Positions 6,138-15,524 of a stretch of 29,852 nucleotides of DNA are shown one piece after another (within the stretch, counting starts at the first letter, position 1; every line of letters begins with the position of its first letter). Both the position numbers and the translations under genes were made by a program. The notes beneath the pieces were generated by a model. The model saw nothing but the letters and a program-made list of their open reading frames with translations, searched no databases and was not told the DNA's origin. Source of the stretch: Nitrosopumilaceae archaeon (GTDB taxonomy: Archaea; Thermoproteota; Nitrososphaeria; Nitrososphaerales; Nitrosopumilaceae); the NCBI GenBank assembly GCA_035685565.1, contig DASSAF010000286.1, forward strand, positions 1 to 29,852, written 5' to 3'.

Positions 6138-7367
6138 ATGATTTGTAAGCAATCTTCAAATAAAATTAAGTTGAATGATCTAGAATTGCCTGAGATAAGA
6201 TTTTGCATTTTAGGTTTGATATTGACAATAGGATTTAGTATTTTCATATATCCTTCATTTGCTGATACTCAAGTTATCATACCCCTTGGTGCATCTAATA
6301 CAAATACACCTTATTCCTTATCACCATCTGTACTTGATGTAAAAACAAATGAAACAATAACGTGGCAAAACAACGATGTATCAAGTCATACAGTAACAAC
6401 AGGTACGACTTCACTTGGATTTGATGGAAGAATTGATAGCGGCGTGATTACTTCTGGCAAATCATTTTCTTACAAATTTGACAAAGCGGGAGTCTATGGA
6501 TATTATTGTCTATTTCATCCGTGGATGACAGGAGTGGTTAATGTAGGAAGTAGTTCAAAGGTTCAACCAGTAGATACAATTTCTTTCTCAACTGACAAAT
6601 CATCATATCATAATGGTGATTCAATATTAATTTCTGGTAAAGTTTCAAATTTTATTCCAAATGAACAGGTTACTGTTTGGATAACAAATCTTCAAGGGAT
6701 TGCAGTGGCAATTGCTCATGTAGAAACTGAATCTAGTGATGATTTTTCCACCAGCATACCTTCTGGTGGGGGTTTGTGGGAATTTGGCAATACCTACAAA
6801 GTGTATGCTCAATATGGCTCTAGAAGTTCTGTCGCATCAACAGATATTTCTTTTGAACCACAAATCTATACCAAAGTAAATGTATCTCAAATCACACTTG
6901 CTCCACTAAAACAAATCAAATCAGGAATAAGCGTAGATAATGTTCAATGTGATACCGATCTTGTACTTGTAATAAAAACAGAAGACGGTTCTCCAGCCTG
7001 CGTAAAATCTGATACTGCTACAAAACTTTTTGCAAGAGGATGGTCACAATCAACTTCTGGATCTGATCAAACATCAAATCAAATTGTGACACTAGCACAA
7101 AACAATCAAGAAATTCATCTCAAAAAAGGAGAAAGCTTCCTATTAAAACTTGGAAATAATTACAACTGGAATACTGACATAACCGACCAAACCATTGTAA
7201 GCAGAGTGATCAATATTATGGTGATAAATGGAGCCCAAAGAATCTATGAAGCTCATAACATCGGAACTGTAACACTCACTGCACAAGGTGATCCATTCTG
7301 TCTAAGCTCAATTCCTAGATGTGCCATGTCATCGATCTTATTTAGAGTAAACATTATAGTTACATGA
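6138..7367 (+). CDS. Secreted blue (type 1) copper cupredoxin multidomain protein
   Basis: Signal peptide; WQNND..SHTVT and YYCLFHPWMTG give His/Cys/His/Met ligands; followed by Ig-like, C..G..LVIK.EDGSPACVK..TA.KL..RGW and chagasin-like domains. True start may be TTG 6186. Confidence 0.85.
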   Translation: MICKQSSNKIKLNDLELPEIRFCILGLILTIGFSIFIYPSFADTQVIIPLGASNTNTPYSLSPSVLDVKTNETITWQNNDVSSHTVTTGTTSLGFDGRIDSGVITSGKSFSYKFDKAGVYGYYCLFHPWMTGVVNVGSSSKVQPVDTISFSTDKSSYHNGDSILISGKVSNFIPNEQVTVWITNLQGIAVAIAHVETESSDDFSTSIPSGGGLWEFGNTYKVYAQYGSRSSVASTDISFEPQIYTKVNVSQITLAPLKQIKSGISVDNVQCDTDLVLVIKTEDGSPACVKSDTATKLFARGWSQSTSGSDQTSNQIVTLAQNNQEIHLKKGESFLLKLGNNYNWNTDITDQTIVSRVINIMVINGAQRIYEAHNIGTVTLTAQGDPFCLSSIPRCAMSSILFRVNIIVT

Positions 7368-7392
7368 TATATACAATTTTAGAAAAATAATT

Positions 7393-7902
7393 TTAAAGTA
7401 ATTTTTTCTTCATATTGTATGCTAAAACTGCACAAATTGTTTTAGAATCAACAATCTTTCCGGATAAAATCATTTTTATTACTTTTTTAAAATCAATTTT
7501 TACTACTGATAATATTTCATCTTCATCTAGTTTTAGTTTACCTGATTTTCTAATTCCGGATGCAACAAAGCAGTGAATGACTTCGGTATTGTATCCTATT
7601 GATGGGTAATACTTTATCAGAGAAATCATCTTTTTTGCATCATAACCTGTCTCTTCCCTTAATTCCCTAAAGGCGCATTTTCGTGGATTTTCTCCTTTGT
7701 TACACGTTCCTGCAGGAATTTCTAATACATAACCAAGTGGGAAACGGTGCTGTTTTACTAAAATCACCTTACCTTTCTCAATCGCAAGCATGGCAGCAGC
7801 ACCTCTATGTTCAATGACTTCTCGATTCACTTTGCGTTTGTTTATTAAAACATTATAGAGACTCAATGAAAGAATTTTGCCATCATAGATTTTCTTCTTC
7901 AT
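7393..7902 (-). CDS. NUDIX hydrolase, ADP-ribose pyrophosphatase-like
   Basis: Nudix box GTCNKGENPRKCAFRELREETG; VKQHRFP, EIPAG, IVDSKTI motifs; start at MKKKIY (7902) or 7911. Confidence 0.9.
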   Translation of the reverse strand: MKKKIYDGKILSLSLYNVLINKRKVNREVIEHRGAAAMLAIEKGKVILVKQHRFPLGYVLEIPAGTCNKGENPRKCAFRELREETGYDAKKMISLIKYYPSIGYNTEVIHCFVASGIRKSGKLKLDEDEILSVVKIDFKKVIKMILSGKIVDSKTICAVLAYNMKKKLL

Positions 7903-7931
7903 AGTATACACTCTTACGAGTCTAAAATCAA

Positions 7932-8837
7932 TTATGAATGTATCTGATATGAAAGATGAAGTCTTTTTGAAGTTTTTACTTCCTTAATACTATCCATTAC
8001 CCATTTTTGTGGAAATGAGATCTTCTTTGGTATGAACAGATCTACAGAATTTACTCCTTGTATTTTTTGTACCAGTTGAGTTAGCTCATCAAGCTTGAAA
8101 ATATTGTCGCTATAAAAAAACAATACAATTTGATTCATATTTACAAAGGGTTTTTGCAAAAATGTCCTGCCAAATTCTTTTTCTAGATTTTGTAGTGTTT
8201 TTTTAACATTACCTTCTACTCCAACAAGAATTGCAAATGGAATGTATCCTGTCATTTCTTTAGGATTGTATAATAGTGTAAACTGTATTGCTTCATCGTT
8301 TTGCAGCTTGTCGAGGGAACGTGTTACAGTTTTTGTAGAAAGATCAGCTAGTTTGGCAATATTTTCAATTTTTAATCTAGGATCTTTCAAAAGTATTTCT
8401 ATAATTTCAAGATCTGTCTTTGTAAGATCAGATCTTACACCAGGATTTTTAGCCTCAAAAATTGCTAATACTCTAACGCTTTGCAATATTTTTTTTGCAA
8501 GTTCCATTTTTTGATTAGGATCTCCTTTTACAACTATACTACAAACAGTCACACTTCCAACACACGGAACTACAAAAAATGGTTCTCCAATTAGCTTCAC
8601 CTGATCTAAAATGTATTGCAAATCAGTTCCTGTTACAACAAAATAGAGAACACTATATCCCAAAACAGGCGGTTCTATTTTTAGGGCAAACTCTTCAATA
8701 ATTTTTCTATCTAACATTTTTTGAATTCTTGATTTTACAGCTCCTCCAGATATGCCTACACTATTTCCAATCTGTCTATCTGGTATTCGACAATTGTTCA
8801 GTAGATGTGAGAGAATATGTATGTCAATTTTGTCCAT
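7932..8837 (-). CDS. Tandem Lrp/AsnC family transcriptional regulator
   Basis: Two HTH units: MDKIDIHILSHLLNNCRIPDRQIGNSVGISGGAVKSRI and LTKTDLEIIEILLKDPRLKIENIAKLADLSTKTVTRSL. Confidence 0.88.
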   Translation of the reverse strand: MDKIDIHILSHLLNNCRIPDRQIGNSVGISGGAVKSRIQKMLDRKIIEEFALKIEPPVLGYSVLYFVVTGTDLQYILDQVKLIGEPFFVVPCVGSVTVCSIVVKGDPNQKMELAKKILQSVRVLAIFEAKNPGVRSDLTKTDLEIIEILLKDPRLKIENIAKLADLSTKTVTRSLDKLQNDEAIQFTLLYNPKEMTGYIPFAILVGVEGNVKKTLQNLEKEFGRTFLQKPFVNMNQIVLFFYSDNIFKLDELTQLVQKIQGVNSVDLFIPKKISFPQKWVMDSIKEVKTSKRLHLSYQIHS

Positions 8838-8953
8838 AGATGCTTCTCTTATCCATATATTTAGTATAAAACATACAACTTGAATATATAATTGTCGTAT
8901 TTCTAATAAGAACTAAGTTAAAACATTAAATATCAGACTATTTTAATAGCTGT

Positions 8954-10147
8954 ATGGATTATAGGGCTAAGGTAGGTTTGCGTTTTATTACAAGACGTAA
9001 AGGCAGTTTAATTGCTGCAAGTCTTGCTGTCTCAATTGCCATTTTGGTAGTACAGGTAAATTCTGTAATTTTTCAGGGTTTGTATAATGCAATTATACGT
9101 GATCAGATAAACTACAGATTTGGGCATGTCTATATCACAAGAAACGAGAATTTCATAACAAAATCAGATAAAATGTTGATAAACTGGCTTGAAAGAATCC
9201 CATATGTGGAAGCTGCTGCGCCGCGGCTTGATTCTACTGCATCAGTTAACGCAACAGGATCTGGGCAAACAGTTAGAGATTACGACGTTCCTGTAATTGG
9301 GGTAGATCCAGTTTTAGATGCACAAGCATCAACGATGTATACTACAGTTGGAGATGGACAGTATGTATCTTCAAGAAACTCTATTGTCCTTGGAGCTTTG
9401 GTAGCACGAGATCTTGGAAATCCACATGTAGGTGATAGCATAAAATTAAAATTCAAAGATAGAAATGGTGTTGATCAACTGAGACGATTTACCATAGTGG
9501 GAATTACCCAGACTGCTGGTTCTGTTGGTCTTGATAATAGTGTAATAATGAATATTGATACTTTACGAGAAATATTGGATAGACCACATGAAACACAATC
9601 AATCATGGTTAGGTTAAATGATCCAACAAAAGATCAAGTAGTAAAAGATCTTTTTCTTAGTGCATTTCCAACTCGTTCAGATAACTTTAAAGCTCAGACA
9701 ATTGAAGAATCTGCCGAGCAAACACTCAGTGGATTCAGATCAGGTATTGCATTAATTAATCTAGTTGGGTACTTTGGCATGATGTCTTCTGCTTTTGCTG
9801 TTGTAACTATACAAATGATGCAAGTCACAAGTAAGACACGTGAAATTGGAATAATGAGGGCAATTGGATCAAAAAGAAAAGACATTCTAATGATATTCAT
9901 CTTCCAAGGAATGGTAATTGGTGCTATAGGCGCAGGTCTTGGTACTGTTTTTGGTGTATCGTATACAGTTTATGCAAAAGAAACACACTTGACATTCCAA
10001 GGCAGCTTGGCCTTAGAGGTGTCTTACAACTGGCTTGGGATATTACAAACAGACATTTTGGCATTTGTGCTTGCTATAGTGGCATCAATTTATCCTGCTT
10101 ACAAGGCAACGAAATTACAACCCGTGGAGGCCATGCGATTTGGCTGA
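8954..10147 (+). CDS. ABC transporter permease, MacB/LolE/FtsX family
   Basis: N-terminal TM, large external domain, KTREIGIMRAIGSKRKDILMIF and three C-terminal TMs. Confidence 0.92.
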   Translation: MDYRAKVGLRFITRRKGSLIAASLAVSIAILVVQVNSVIFQGLYNAIIRDQINYRFGHVYITRNENFITKSDKMLINWLERIPYVEAAAPRLDSTASVNATGSGQTVRDYDVPVIGVDPVLDAQASTMYTTVGDGQYVSSRNSIVLGALVARDLGNPHVGDSIKLKFKDRNGVDQLRRFTIVGITQTAGSVGLDNSVIMNIDTLREILDRPHETQSIMVRLNDPTKDQVVKDLFLSAFPTRSDNFKAQTIEESAEQTLSGFRSGIALINLVGYFGMMSSAFAVVTIQMMQVTSKTREIGIMRAIGSKRKDILMIFIFQGMVIGAIGAGLGTVFGVSYTVYAKETHLTFQGSLALEVSYNWLGILQTDILAFVLAIVASIYPAYKATKLQPVEAMRFG

Positions 10148-10844
10148 TTCAGTTCTACAAGTACGTAATGTAGATAAGATATTTGGTGAAGGCGAAACAG
10201 CTGTCTATGCATTAAAAAACGTGTCATTTTCCATAAAAAAGGGAGAATTCATTTTAATTGTGGGCAGCTCTGGCTCTGGCAAATCAACACTACTTAACAT
10301 GATTGGACTTTTAGATAGACCCACAAATGGTCAAGTCTTCATAGATGGAATAGATCCTTCTAATCTAAATGATAACCAGATTTCATCATTTAGAAATTCT
10401 AAACTTGGATTCATTTTTCAATTTTCGAATCTACTTTCAGATTTAACAGTTTTAGAAAATGTACTTCTTCCAAGACAAATACAAAGAACTGACGCAAAAG
10501 CAATTGATGAAGTGAAATCATTGCTAAAGACAGTTGGCTTGGAAAATCAGATGAATAAATATGCAAATAAAATCTCTGGAGGTCAAGCACAAAGAGTAGC
10601 TATTTGCAGAGCTCTTATCAATAAACCAGCAATAGTTTTAGCTGATGAACCAACAGGAAATTTGGATTCTTTATCAGCACAAACGACTGTTCAGTTAATG
10701 AAATCTCTTAATAGAAAATTGGGACATACTTTCATAATAGTAACACATGATCGTCCCCAATTTGGTGATGTTGATAAAATAATTACAATTAAAGATGGTA
10801 GAATTGTCGATGATGAAATGATGGAGGTTCCAGCAGTAAATTGA
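10140..10844 (+). CDS. ABC transporter ATP-binding protein, LolD/MacB-type
   Basis: Walker A GSSGSGKS, signature ISGGQAQR, Walker B IVLADEPTGNLD, H-loop VTHD. Confidence 0.95.
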   Translation: MADSVLQVRNVDKIFGEGETAVYALKNVSFSIKKGEFILIVGSSGSGKSTLLNMIGLLDRPTNGQVFIDGIDPSNLNDNQISSFRNSKLGFIFQFSNLLSDLTVLENVLLPRQIQRTDAKAIDEVKSLLKTVGLENQMNKYANKISGGQAQRVAICRALINKPAIVLADEPTGNLDSLSAQTTVQLMKSLNRKLGHTFIIVTHDRPQFGDVDKIITIKDGRIVDDEMMEVPAVN

Positions 10845-12487
10845 TCTACAAAACCATTGTTATAACTATTATATTTCTATTAGGACAAATAATCCCAAGC
10901 TATGCCAGTGCTCCAGAACATATTGCACCAAGTGTATCACCTTTTGAACATGCATATAATGACATAAAATTCCTTGATGCATATTTTGGAACATCTTCAG
11001 GAAAAATTGAAGTGCAACCAGGTGACAAAAATGTACCATTTACCATGGTGTTCTCAAATGTAGGTTCAGAAGATATTGCTGGAATAAAGGGGCTGCTTAG
11101 TTTACCTGTTGGATTTTCTCCAGCCATTGCTAATGCTAATGCCAACCTAATAGAGGCCGACAACACTCAGGTTGCAACAAGCGGATCATCTTTTTCTCTG
11201 ACATTTTTTGTAAACGTGGATAAAAATACAAATGTTAATTCCTATTCTGGCACAGTTCAGGTAACCTATTCTAGAGTAAGGGAAAATGGATCTCACACCA
11301 ATTACTTTGACTTTGACTTTAAGGTTCCAGGAAAAAGTGTTCTAAACATGAAAGCAGAAAATCAATTCATACAGCCTGCATCAAACAACCAGATTACAGT
11401 TCAAATCTTAAACGACGGTACAGCAGGCCTTAACAACATAGACATTACACTCAATCCGCAATCTAATTCCTCTGGATCATCCAGCTTACAAAATATCGTA
11501 ATAGATCAAAATCATTGGAATATAGGAACAGTCGCTGCCCAATCCTCAAGTACATTTTCATTTAATATTTTTGTACCGCAGGATGTTACAGGCCAAACTT
11601 TGCACATACCACTAGGTGTTACATACTTTGATGGGCAGGGAAATCAAGTAACAACTTCTAGACTGGTAGACCTAATTGTGGGACCAGCAAGCTCAACTTT
11701 TGTTGTTAGACTCTCAACTCCTTCTTATCTTATGATGGGAGTTATGCAAAATCTTACACTTGGACTAGAAAATCTTTCACCATCAAAAATTTCTGATATA
11801 TCAATTACACTTGTACCAAGCTCTTCAGATCTGAAAATTCTGCAGGATCCAAGGTGGTTCATAAACAGCATAAATCCATTGGAGAGAACTGTGTTGAATA
11901 TTCCTGTATTTGCTGATCAAAATATATCAAATCAAGCTGTCAACTTCGACGTTAACATTCAGTATACAAAAGATGGTTCCACAGTAATAGAAAAGCAGAG
12001 CTTTGCCACATATATCCGACCAGTGATAGATATCTCAGTTTATGGAGTAGATGTAATGAATATTGGTGGCAAGCAAAATATCATAGGAAATATTCTAAAT
12101 CAAGGAAACATCAAAGGACAATTTGCTACTGTAACTATACAACCAATTGATAATTCAAAGATCAAAAAATCAATTCAGTATATTGGGGATATAGATATTG
12201 ATGCTCCAACCCCATTTAACATACCAATTGACTTTATAGGCAATCCATCATTTGGAGAAAACAAGGTAGTTGTTAGTGTAACATACAAGGATTCGCTTTT
12301 GCAACAACATACGATAATACAAGAGAATATCATAATCTTAGCAAATCCAACACCACAAACAAATGACACTTCTCAACTTCAACTCATTATTCTTGTTGCT
12401 ATAGCTGCTGGAATAGGAGGAATTGTATTTAAAATACGTAAGGCAAAACTTCCAATCACAAAGAAAGTAGCTGAAAATTCAAGCTAA
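10841..12487 (+). CDS. COG1361 S-layer-domain protein, C-terminally membrane anchored
   Basis: Signal peptide, repeated beta-sandwich domains (ILNQGNIKG..YIGDIDID), C-terminal TM plus basic tail; TTG overlaps the upstream stop; commonly linked to this ABC type in archaea. Confidence 0.8.
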   Translation: MIYKTIVITIIFLLGQIIPSYASAPEHIAPSVSPFEHAYNDIKFLDAYFGTSSGKIEVQPGDKNVPFTMVFSNVGSEDIAGIKGLLSLPVGFSPAIANANANLIEADNTQVATSGSSFSLTFFVNVDKNTNVNSYSGTVQVTYSRVRENGSHTNYFDFDFKVPGKSVLNMKAENQFIQPASNNQITVQILNDGTAGLNNIDITLNPQSNSSGSSSLQNIVIDQNHWNIGTVAAQSSSTFSFNIFVPQDVTGQTLHIPLGVTYFDGQGNQVTTSRLVDLIVGPASSTFVVRLSTPSYLMMGVMQNLTLGLENLSPSKISDISITLVPSSSDLKILQDPRWFINSINPLERTVLNIPVFADQNISNQAVNFDVNIQYTKDGSTVIEKQSFATYIRPVIDISVYGVDVMNIGGKQNIIGNILNQGNIKGQFATVTIQPIDNSKIKKSIQYIGDIDIDAPTPFNIPIDFIGNPSFGENKVVVSVTYKDSLLQQHTIIQENIIILANPTPQTNDTSQLQLIILVAIAAGIGGIVFKIRKAKLPITKKVAENSS

Positions 12488-12517
12488 AGTTATATTTAGT
12501 ACAGGTGATTTTTGTTC

Positions 12518-12910
12518 ATGACTTGGGATGAAATTGAGGTCCCAAAAGAAATCAGACCTTTTATGCTTGAAGATGCTGAAGAAACAAAACTAGGACAAAA
12601 AAATGGTGCAGGTAAACAGTATCGATATGGTAATTTACACATACGAGAATACGGTGACAAGTATCTAATCCATATGGATGAGATTGATCCACGCAAAGAT
12701 CCACTTGGTCATCTTTTAGTAGATGCACCAGAGGTCTTGATTGGTCTTGCATCAGCATTTTTTGGAGGAAAACAAGTCGCATCACAAATCTACAAAATAC
12801 AAAAAAATTCAAAGATTGCAAAAGGTACGTCTTTGTTTGGAGGCCTCTTGGCATCAGTTGCGCTTGGCTATCTGGGATATTCTCTTACTAAAAAGATTAA
12901 AAATTTTTAG
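12518..12910 (+). CDS. Conserved archaeal hypothetical membrane protein
   Basis: HIREY..H.D.IDPRKDPLGHLLVDAPE motif plus hydrophobic C-terminus; SD aggtga 12503-12508 supports ATG 12518. Confidence 0.75.
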   Translation: MTWDEIEVPKEIRPFMLEDAEETKLGQKNGAGKQYRYGNLHIREYGDKYLIHMDEIDPRKDPLGHLLVDAPEVLIGLASAFFGGKQVASQIYKIQKNSKIAKGTSLFGGLLASVALGYLGYSLTKKIKNF

Positions 12911-12922
12911 GAGGAATCTGCC

Positions 12923-14476
12923 ATTTCAAAACTTAGAACAATAAAGATTTTTCTCAAACTCTTACCTCTTATTTTGATTTTAAGAAAAGATAGGAGAGAG
13001 TGGGTTAGAAAAGAGGGCAAAAACATCAAAGTTGAAAGATATCAAAAAAATGCTCGCAAGGTTCTCAATACTTTTGTATCATTAGGTCCTGTTTACATAA
13101 AACTGGGTCAATGGCTTTCTTCAAGAGCTGACATCTTACCTCAACCATATATGGAAGAGCTTGCAAAACTTCAAGATGATGTACCAGCTGCTCCTTTTGA
13201 TCAAGTAAAACCAATCATAGAAAAAGATCTTGGACCGCTAGAGCAAAACTTTGATTATGTCAATACTAATGTTGTTTCTGGCGCTTCGCTTGGTCAAGTG
13301 TATCTTGCCAAGATTAAGGAAAAGAACGTAATTATAAAAGTAAGAAGACCAAACATTGACAAAATTGTAGAAGAAGACATTAGAGTTCTTAAAAAAATTA
13401 TTCCCGTTGCAATGAAGTTTGTAGATCCCAATCTACGATATTCAGCAGAAGCAATGCTTGCACAATTCATAGAAACAATACATGAGGAAATGGATTATAG
13501 GATTGAATCTCAAAATCTAAAAACAATTAAAAGAAATTTCCGTTCAGATCCTAAAGTAATAATTCCATCTGTAATAGATGATCATTCCACAGAACGTGTG
13601 CTTACGATGGAGTACATTCCTGGAATAAAGATAACCAATGTAAAAGCAATTGATGAGATTGGGTTAGACAGAGCGCAGCTTGTAGTTAGAGTACACAAGG
13701 TATTTTTTACAATGCTTTTGCACCATAACATCTTTCATGCTGACCCCCATCCTGGCAACATAGCTGTGGCTAATGACGGTTCTTTGATTCTGTATGATTT
13801 TGGAATGGTAGGAAGACTAGATAATGAAACCCGTCTCAAACTAATCAGGCTGTATCTGTCCCTTGTTGAAAAAGATCCCCCACGAACTGTCAGTGCCATG
13901 GATGGACTTGGAATGTTGCTTCCTGGCTACAATCGTTCTGTAATAGAAAAAGGAATTGCAATGTCAATTCAGACAATGCATGGAACCAAAGTAGACAAAA
14001 TGGAAGTAAGAGCTCTAATGGATCTTGCAAACAAGACAATGAGCAGGTTTCCATTTAAGCTCCCAAAACATCTAGCACTTTACATGAGGATGGCATCTAT
14101 ACTTGAAGGAATTTATCATACTCACAAAGTCAATTTCAGATTTATCAATGTATTACAAAATATTTTGGAGGAAGAAAATCTCATTAAGGATGCATATGTT
14201 GAAGAGCTAAAAATTTCACTTGAAAAATTTGCAAAATCAATCAATGATGTAATTGCTATTGCACCTGAACTCAAACAATATCTTGAAGAAAAAAGATCTG
14301 CTCAATACCAACCAAAAAAATCATCTAGAAACATTTTGCTTTCCGGAAGCATACTTTCTGCAGCTGTATTTGTTGGTTCAACAATGCTTTATGGAAATAA
14401 TCAACTTGTAGGGGAGATCGGAATGATTGGTTCTGTAGTTATAATGTTAGCCTCAGTATTGATGCGAGAACACTAG
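12923..14476 (+). CDS. ABC1/UbiB/AarF atypical protein kinase
   Basis: LGPVYIKLGQWLSSRADIL, ASLGQV, VIIKV, FHADPHPGN, LYDFGM motifs. Frame is open to 12911; GGAGG at 12910-12914 points to ATT 12923 (track start is TTG 12974). Confidence 0.9.
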   Translation: MSKLRTIKIFLKLLPLILILRKDRREWVRKEGKNIKVERYQKNARKVLNTFVSLGPVYIKLGQWLSSRADILPQPYMEELAKLQDDVPAAPFDQVKPIIEKDLGPLEQNFDYVNTNVVSGASLGQVYLAKIKEKNVIIKVRRPNIDKIVEEDIRVLKKIIPVAMKFVDPNLRYSAEAMLAQFIETIHEEMDYRIESQNLKTIKRNFRSDPKVIIPSVIDDHSTERVLTMEYIPGIKITNVKAIDEIGLDRAQLVVRVHKVFFTMLLHHNIFHADPHPGNIAVANDGSLILYDFGMVGRLDNETRLKLIRLYLSLVEKDPPRTVSAMDGLGMLLPGYNRSVIEKGIAMSIQTMHGTKVDKMEVRALMDLANKTMSRFPFKLPKHLALYMRMASILEGIYHTHKVNFRFINVLQNILEEENLIKDAYVEELKISLEKFAKSINDVIAIAPELKQYLEEKRSAQYQPKKSSRNILLSGSILSAAVFVGSTMLYGNNQLVGEIGMIGSVVIMLASVLMREH

Positions 14477-14860
14477 CTATTCTATAGTAATATCTTTGCC
14501 GTGTTTTACTGGAATCTTTAGAGTAAGAACACCATTGTGATATTTTGCAGAACCTTCTAGATCTTCACCTTCATTTACATCAACTGGAAGTCGAATTTTT
14601 TTATCGATTGCATGTGGTCTTTGATGCCAGATTACTATTCCATCATGATCTGTTTCTCGTGTTGCATTAATTGAAAGGATGTTCCCGCGTATCCTTAATT
14701 TGATATCCTTTTTGTCAAAGCCTGGAAGATCAATAGTTACTATGATGTTATCATTTTCAAGCTGCACATCTATTGGTGGAAGTACAAACTCATAAAATTC
14801 TCTTGATTTGTTGCCTATTTCTTTCATGACTTCTTTTGCCATATAGCGTACCAAGCCCAT
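14477..14860 (-). CDS. Small heat shock protein, Hsp20/alpha-crystallin family
   Basis: PPIDV..ENDNIIVTIDLPGFDKKDI and AKYHNGVLTLKIP motifs. Confidence 0.93.
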   Translation of the reverse strand: MGLVRYMAKEVMKEIGNKSREFYEFVLPPIDVQLENDNIIVTIDLPGFDKKDIKLRIRGNILSINATRETDHDGIVIWHQRPHAIDKKIRLPVDVNEGEDLEGSAKYHNGVLTLKIPVKHGKDITIE

Positions 14861-14942
14861 TTTGATATAATAAAGTCTTTTTTAGTTATAAACCTTATAG
14901 TAGATTCACAATTTATCTACTTCCCAATTCAATTACAATCAA

Positions 14943-15521
14943 ATGATTATAGTTATTGAAGGATTTGATCAAGCAGGAAAACGAACTCAATCAGAACTTT
15001 TAGCAAAATCTTTGAAAGCAATAAAATTAAAATGTAGAATTTTTAGCTTCCCTGATTATACTACACCGATAGGAAAAGAAATCAAACATTATCTTAGTGA
15101 AAAAAGAAAATTTCCTCCCCAAGTAATACATTGTTTACTTGCTGCAAACAGATGGGAAAAATTAAAAGAAATACAAGATGCATTATCAAAAAATTATATT
15201 TTGATAATGAATAGATATTACCAATCTAATTTAGTCTACGGAAAGGCAAATGGTCAAGATCTAAAATGGCTTTTAAATCTCGACGCCGGTCTTCCAAAAG
15301 AAAACATTGTAATTCTTCTTGATGTAAAATCAACAGATTCATTTTCACGTAAAAAAACTCGACGTGATAAATTTGAAAAGAATAAAGAATTTGCACGAAA
15401 AATAATTCATACTTATCGAACATTAGCAAAAAAGTTTGGATGGAAAATAGTAAATGCTTCACAAACTCAAGAACAAGTACATAAAGCTGTCAAGGAAATA
15501 ACTCTGAGATATATAAAATAA
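14943..15521 (+). CDS. tmk: Thymidylate (dTMP) kinase
   Basis: IVIEGFDQAGKRTQ P-loop, NRY motif, SNLVYG. Confidence 0.92.
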   Translation: MIIVIEGFDQAGKRTQSELLAKSLKAIKLKCRIFSFPDYTTPIGKEIKHYLSEKRKFPPQVIHCLLAANRWEKLKEIQDALSKNYILIMNRYYQSNLVYGKANGQDLKWLLNLDAGLPKENIVILLDVKSTDSFSRKKTRRDKFEKNKEFARKIIHTYRTLAKKFGWKIVNASQTQEQVHKAVKEITLRYIK

Positions 15522-15524
15522 AAA

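Noticed and set aside
1607-10648. Other CTGATGA heptamers (1607, 2819, 10642; also in atpB)
   Set aside because: All are inside coding sequence and lack a stem II hairpin followed by GAAA and flanking stems; not hammerheads.
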